From contig JAVJSY010000090.1 of assembly GCA_040219175.1 (NCBI GenBank), positions 19,386 to 83,385 on the forward strand: a DNA stretch of 64,000 nucleotides, written 5' to 3'. Below are positions 59,424 to 64,000 of this stretch, piece by piece (within the stretch, counting starts at the first letter, position 1; each line of letters begins with the position of its first letter). The position numbers and the translations under genes are program-made. The notes below the pieces were generated by a model. That model was given only the letters and a program-made list of their open reading frames with translations. It was not told the DNA's origin and did no database searches. Source of the DNA: Kiloniellales bacterium. Its GTDB lineage: Bacteria > Pseudomonadota > Alphaproteobacteria > Kiloniellales > JACOMY01.

Positions 59424-59643
59424 CTCCTGAAGAGTAGATTGGCTTTAGATCATATTTCGCTCCGCCAAATCAAATAGTGATTAGCCTTTCTCTGAGATTT
59501 GGCGACACCGCTGTGCCGGGCTAGGGGGCGTCATCCAGGGGACTGCGCTTTCGCTCTTTCGGTAGGGGCCATGCGCCTCTAGCGATCCTGCACCTGGCTG
59601 AATTTGCTATAGAGGGAACAGCGAGCTTGAGACGAGGAACGAG

Positions 59644-61260
59644 ATGCGCGCCAAAGCCATGATCAGCACGCCGCAGCCCGAGGCCAGCGAGACCGGGGTC
59701 GAGATCCTCCGCCGTGGCGGCAATGCGGTCGACGCCGCGATCGCGACCGCATTGGTCCAGGGGGTTGTCGACCCGCAGATGTGCGGCATCGCCGGATTCG
59801 GCAGTATGCAAATCTATATGCCGAAGAAAGGCTTCCACGGTTTCATTGACTTTCACGGCAAGACACCGGCCGCCGCCAGACCCGACATGTGGGAGGATCT
59901 GATCGAAGGCGAGACCCGCGACGGCTTCGGCTTTATCCTCAAGGGGCGGGTGAACGATGCCGGCTATCAGTCGATCACCGTTCCAGGCAGCCTGAAGGCC
60001 TATTTCGAAGCACAGACGACGCACGGTCTGATGGATTGGACGGATATCGTCCAGCCGGCAATCGAGCATGCCGAGGCCGGGGTTACCATCCGTCCGCACG
60101 TCCACCACTTCTGGACCGTGGAAGACGACTTTGGCCGAGTCCTGACCTCGGAACGCCTGGCGCTGACTCCATCCGGCCGGCGCATCTACTTCCATCCCGA
60201 CGGCCGCCTGAAGCGCCCCGGCGAGCGCCTGGACAATCCTGACATGGCACGAACTCTGCGCCTTATTGCCAAGGAGGGTGCGGATGTTTTCTACAGAGGC
60301 GAGATCGCCGAGAGGATCGCTGCCGACATGAAGGCCAACGGCGGCCTGCTATCTGCCGAAGACCTCAAAGCCTATCGCACCAGCAATCTGCCACCACTGC
60401 GCGGCCGCTTCCGCGGCTATGAGGTGGCGAGCAACCAGCCACCCGGTGGCGGCATCATGCTGATCGAGATGCTGCAGATCCTGGAGGCCTTCGACCTCAA
60501 GGCCATGGGGCACAACAGCGCCGACTATCTGCGCACCGTCTGCGAAACCATGAAACGCGCCACCTCCGACAAGGATAACTTCGTCGGCGACCCGGACTTC
60601 TATGACGTACCGGTCGCGCGCCTTACCGATCCGGCCTATGCGCGCGAACAGGCCGAGCGGATCAAGGCCGGCGAGGTCGCCCATGTCGAGCGTCACGGCG
60701 GCGGCTTCGAGGAATCCAAGAACACCACGCAGATCTCTGTGGCCGATGCCCAGGGCAACATCGTCTCCATGACCCACTCGCTGGGCATGCCGTCGGGCGT
60801 CATCACCGAGGGCTTGGGCTTCATGTACAACGGCTGCATGGGTGTCTTCGACCCGCGCCCGGGCCGTGCTGGATCGATCGCACCGGGCAAGGCCCGCTTC
60901 AGCTCCGTGTGCCCGACCATCGTCTTCAGGGAGGGCGAGCCGCAGCTGGTGATCGGTGCGCCGGGCGGCACCCAGATCGCCATGGGGGTCCTGCTTGCAA
61001 CCCTGAACGTGCTGGAGTTCGACATGTCGATCCTTGAGGCGATCGTCGCGCCCCGCTTTTCCGCCACCAGCAACTTGATCGACGTGAGCAACCGCATCCC
61101 CCGCTTCGTCACGCGCGAGCTGGAGAGGCAAGGCTACCAAGTCGCACGCAGCTACCAGAGCTATGGCTTCGCCGCTGTGCATGGCCTGAAGCGCCACGCC
61201 GACGGCACCTGGTCCGGCGCCGCCGATCCTGGCCACGACGGCATGCCACTCGGCGTTTGA
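59644..61260 (+). CDS. Gamma-glutamyltransferase-family Ntn hydrolase (no signal peptide)
   Basis: 538 aa. GGNAVDAAIATAL, the autoprocessing/nucleophile region KNTTQISVAD, and GAPGGTQI. Confidence 0.85.
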   Translation: MRAKAMISTPQPEASETGVEILRRGGNAVDAAIATALVQGVVDPQMCGIAGFGSMQIYMPKKGFHGFIDFHGKTPAAARPDMWEDLIEGETRDGFGFILKGRVNDAGYQSITVPGSLKAYFEAQTTHGLMDWTDIVQPAIEHAEAGVTIRPHVHHFWTVEDDFGRVLTSERLALTPSGRRIYFHPDGRLKRPGERLDNPDMARTLRLIAKEGADVFYRGEIAERIAADMKANGGLLSAEDLKAYRTSNLPPLRGRFRGYEVASNQPPGGGIMLIEMLQILEAFDLKAMGHNSADYLRTVCETMKRATSDKDNFVGDPDFYDVPVARLTDPAYAREQAERIKAGEVAHVERHGGGFEESKNTTQISVADAQGNIVSMTHSLGMPSGVITEGLGFMYNGCMGVFDPRPGRAGSIAPGKARFSSVCPTIVFREGEPQLVIGAPGGTQIAMGVLLATLNVLEFDMSILEAIVAPRFSATSNLIDVSNRIPRFVTRELERQGYQVARSYQSYGFAAVHGLKRHADGTWSGAADPGHDGMPLGV

Positions 61261-61318
61261 TGCGGGCGCCAGCATCACTGAAACAGCCGTCCAGACAGCG
61301 TGACCGGGAGACCCCCTT

Positions 61319-61708
61319 ATGAGGCGGAAAGCCATCGTACCCAATGAGTTGCAGGCCTATTATGACGACTGGAGAATGTCGCCCGGCCATCTCTCAGGCG
61401 ATCATGTCTTCTTGACCGGTTTTACCGGTGCGAACACTGACGGCACACTTTCGGAAGATCCCGAAACCCAGATGCGCAGCGCATTCGATAAGATCGGTCT
61501 TGTGCTTCGTGAAGCCGGACTGGATTTCGGCGCATTGGTTGAAATGACGACATACCATGTCGGCCTGAAAGACCACCTCGCACTCTTCAAGGCCGTGCGG
61601 GCTGAGTATGTGGTGGAACCCTATCCAGCATGGACCGCAATCGAGGTTGCAGGGTTCGTCCGCGATGGGGCAATCATCGAGATTCGAGCCATCGCCCGAC
61701 AGGAATGA
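61319..61708 (+). CDS. RidA/YjgF/UK114-family protein
   Basis: 129 aa. Typical C-terminal segment PAWTAIEVAGFVRDGAIIEIRAIA. Confidence 0.8.
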   Translation: MRRKAIVPNELQAYYDDWRMSPGHLSGDHVFLTGFTGANTDGTLSEDPETQMRSAFDKIGLVLREAGLDFGALVEMTTYHVGLKDHLALFKAVRAEYVVEPYPAWTAIEVAGFVRDGAIIEIRAIARQE

Positions 61709-61733
61709 ACCCGGACCCTTGCCCACCATCAGC

Positions 61734-61770
61734 CAAGAAGGCCCCCAACTCGGGGGCCTTCTTGCGTTTT
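61734..61770 (+). terminator. Rho-independent terminator after the RidA-family gene
   Basis: caagaaggccccc-aactc-gggggccttcttg (13-bp stem) followed by cgtttt. Confidence 0.8.
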
Positions 61771-61948
61771 GGAGCAGAGGACCCGTGATCTCAGCCGACC
61801 CGGTTTGCTGATCCGTACTGACATCATAGCCGCGAAACAAATTCAACATTAACCACAAATTCCAAAATTCCCTTTGACTCCTTTCGGTCAATTAGATTAA
61901 CCACATAATCAACAAAACCCACAAAACTGCACATTGCTCGCTGATACA

Positions 61949-63361
61949 ATGGAACCACTCACACATACAACCACGAACTCCCGCTCTTCTGTGACGGTGG
62001 TTCGTGATTCCATAGAGTCCATAAATACCAGAAACAGCGAGATTAATGCTTTCGTCGAAATCTACGCTGACGAAGCCTTGCAGATCGCAGCCGATTGCGA
62101 TGCGGAGCGTGAAAGGGGCATCAGCAGAGGCCCGCTCCATGGCCTCCCCTTCGGCGTCAAAGACCTCTTCTTGACGAAGAACCGGCGGACGGCGCGTGGC
62201 TCGCGGGCTTTCCGGAACTTCGTCCCCAGCGAGTCGGCGCCGGTGGTGGAGAGGATGGAGAAGGCCGGCGCGATCCTGCTCGGCAAGACCACCACCACGG
62301 AACTCGGATGGTCCGGATCCAGCGTCTCCGAACTCTACGGGCCGACGCGCAACCCCTGGAACACGGCGCTGACAAGCGGCGGTTCGAGCAGTGGCTCTGC
62401 CGCGGCCATCGCTGCCGGAATGGTGCCCTTCACGCTTGGTTCCGACGGCGGCGGCTCGGTGCGCATCCCGGCCTCGTTTTGTGGAATCTTTGCCATGAAA
62501 GGCAGCCTCGGGCGCATCCCGGCCTATCCCTGGAGCGCCACCGAGATGCTCTCGCACGCGGGTCCGATGACCAGAACGGCAGCCGACAGCGCGTTGCTCT
62601 TCAACATCCTGAAAGGGCCCGACCCGCGCGATCACCTGGCCCTGCCCGATGACGCTCTCGACTACGTCCAAGCGGGCATCGACCCGAAGACGCTGAGGAT
62701 CGCCTATGCACCGACGCTGTTCGGTTTCCCGGTCGACGACCAGGTTGCCAGGGTCGTGGGGGAGGCTGTCGAGAGGCTCTCACAGGCTTTCGGCGTCGCG
62801 CCGCAACCCGTCCTGCCGGACTGGCAGGATCCCATCCGCATCTTCGAAACGCTTTGGGTCGCCGGCCGCGGCGTCGCTTACGGCCGTGACGCCGCCAGCG
62901 CGGATTTCGGCACTGGATTTGGCGGCCTTGTTGACCGGGCGGCCGCCTACAGCCTCGCCGACTACCTGGATGCGATGAAGGCCAGAGCCCGCTTTGCCGG
63001 GCAGGTTCACGCCTTCTTCGAAGACCACGACCTGCTGCTCCTGCCGACAGTGCCGATCCAGCCCTTCGAGGCCGAACTGGAGAAGCCGTCCTGGCTTGCA
63101 GCCACCTCGGAAGCGCTGCCTTGGACGGCTTGGACGCCCTTCACCTACCCCTTCAACCTGAGCGGCAATCCGGCAGCCTCGATTCCCGCAGGTCTCTCCG
63201 CGTCCGGCCTACCGGTCGGCCTGCAGGTCGTCGGCCGGCGCTACGCGGACTGCACGGTCCTTTCCTTCTGCCGACTGCTGGAAGAGCAGGCCGGCTTTCA
63301 TCTTCCACTGCTCGAAACCCTGCCCACACAGTCGGGCGTCACCCAAGGAGGTATGTCATGA
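61949..63361 (+). CDS. Amidase-signature (AS) family amidase
   Basis: ATG at 61949 (MEPLTHTT); the track starts at a TTG at 61934. GVKDLF and the GGSSSGSAAAIAAG...GSDGGGSVRIPASFCG signature. Confidence 0.85.
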   Translation: MEPLTHTTTNSRSSVTVVRDSIESINTRNSEINAFVEIYADEALQIAADCDAERERGISRGPLHGLPFGVKDLFLTKNRRTARGSRAFRNFVPSESAPVVERMEKAGAILLGKTTTTELGWSGSSVSELYGPTRNPWNTALTSGGSSSGSAAAIAAGMVPFTLGSDGGGSVRIPASFCGIFAMKGSLGRIPAYPWSATEMLSHAGPMTRTAADSALLFNILKGPDPRDHLALPDDALDYVQAGIDPKTLRIAYAPTLFGFPVDDQVARVVGEAVERLSQAFGVAPQPVLPDWQDPIRIFETLWVAGRGVAYGRDAASADFGTGFGGLVDRAAAYSLADYLDAMKARARFAGQVHAFFEDHDLLLLPTVPIQPFEAELEKPSWLAATSEALPWTAWTPFTYPFNLSGNPAASIPAGLSASGLPVGLQVVGRRYADCTVLSFCRLLEEQAGFHLPLLETLPTQSGVTQGGMS

Positions 63362-64000
63362 AGTTTGATCGTCGTCAGTTCCTCTCCGCATCGGCAATGG
63401 CAGGCGTCGCTGCCGGTCTCCCCGCCCTCAATACCGGCTTCTTCTCCAGCCCGGCCTTTGCCGCCCAGGACAAGCCGCTGACCTTCCTCTCGGCCGAGAA
63501 CCTGACCGGGAACTGGGACCCCTCCTCCCACACGACCTTGGCCCAGATCAATCTGGAGAGCTTCGTCTTCGGATACCTGACCCGCGCCCCGATGCGGCCG
63601 GAAAACCCGGACGAGCTGGTGATGGAACTGGCAACCGACATGAAGATCATCGGTCCGCACACCTTGGAGTTCAAACTGCGCAAGGGCGTCAAGTTTCACG
63701 ACGGCAAGGATTTCTCCGCAGAGGACGTCAAGGCGACCTACGAGTATGCATCAGGGCCCGACCGCCCGGCGCAGTGGTATCCCGGCCAATGCAGGGTGGA
63801 TATCGTCGACCAGCACACCGTCCACATCCAGACCGGCGACTACAACTACCCCGCCAGCCTCTTCTGGTTCCTCTCCGCCTTCCTGCCGATCATGTCGGCC
63901 AAGGACATCGCCGACGGTCAGGCGCTGGCCAAGCGACCGAACGGAACCGGACCCTTCAAGTTCGATCGACAGGACGGCAACACCACGGTCCTCACCGCCT
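63358..64000 (+). CDS. ABC transporter substrate-binding protein, family 5, Tat signal (3'-truncated by the window edge)
   Basis: My own translation gives MKFDRRQFLSASAMAGVAAGLPALNTGFFSSPAFAQDKPLTFL...KFHDGKDFSAEDVKATYEY. The ATG overlaps the amidase stop (ATGA). Not listed in the ORF track because it has no stop codon in the window. Confidence 0.8.
   Translation, partial: MKFDRRQFLSASAMAGVAAGLPALNTGFFSSPAFAAQDKPLTFLSAENLTGNWDPSSHTTLAQINLESFVFGYLTRAPMRPENPDELVMELATDMKIIGPHTLEFKLRKGVKFHDGKDFSAEDVKATYEYASGPDRPAQWYPGQCRVDIVDQHTVHIQTGDYNYPASLFWFLSAFLPIMSAKDIADGQALAKRPNGTGPFKFDRQDGNTTVLTA

Noticed and set aside
1-64000. Search for canonical defence or mobile systems: restriction-modification, toxin-antitoxin pairs, CBASS/retron/Gabija-like ATPases or nucleases, integrases, phage genes, and a T1SS for the RTX protein.
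   Set aside because: None of the supported ORFs carries the corresponding motifs. The only mobile-element traces are the two transposase remnants and the repeat family described above.

Overview
High-GC, almost fully coding chromosomal window. The gene content looks Alphaproteobacteria-like, but that is inference only. Solute uptake and amine/amino-acid catabolism dominate.

Left third (1-16 kb):
- A MarR-headed PotABCD-like ABC importer. It carries a recent 603-bp duplication-insertion at the MarR/binding-protein junction, and its only ATPase has a degenerate Walker B motif.
- A Dpp/Opp-like peptide importer with divergently encoded ATPases and an in-operon nitrilase-superfamily hydrolase.
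- A second MarR paralog next to a deacetylase-MOSC-ferredoxin-reductase operon.
- A conserved ~25-30-bp AT-rich box that recurs in the three control regions of these units.

Middle (16-26 kb), an accessory patch:
- An orphan RTX protein and a GlxA-type regulator.
- A ~4.3-kb stress-membrane module (AI-2E transporter, DUF883, YqjE-like, HdeD) bracketed by inverted copies of a ~95-135-bp repeat.
- IS1380-family and IS256-family transposase remnants.
- A penicillin-acylase-family gene interrupted by one in-frame TAA.

Right (28.7-51.5 kb): a 22.8-kb, 19-gene, tightly coupled minus-strand super-operon. Gene order is soxBDAG, DMGDH-like, aminotransferase, ACAD, ECH, CoA-transferase, thiolase/DUF35, aminotransferase, Ldh_2, HyuA/HyuB, SDR, BKACE, non-Pyl MttB, racemase-like. 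I regard this as the best candidate for an undescribed catabolic system, probably for an N-methylated amine, betaine or lactam.

Far right: a CocE/NonD hydrolase with a 5 x 15-bp repeat at its 5' end, an orphan Tat-type binding protein, and an IclR/FAD-oxidase/TPP-decarboxylase/GGT/RidA/amidase/SBP cluster.

I could not recognise any rRNA, tRNA, CRISPR array, intact IS or canonical defence system. All calls rest on motif recognition by eye. No database search was possible.
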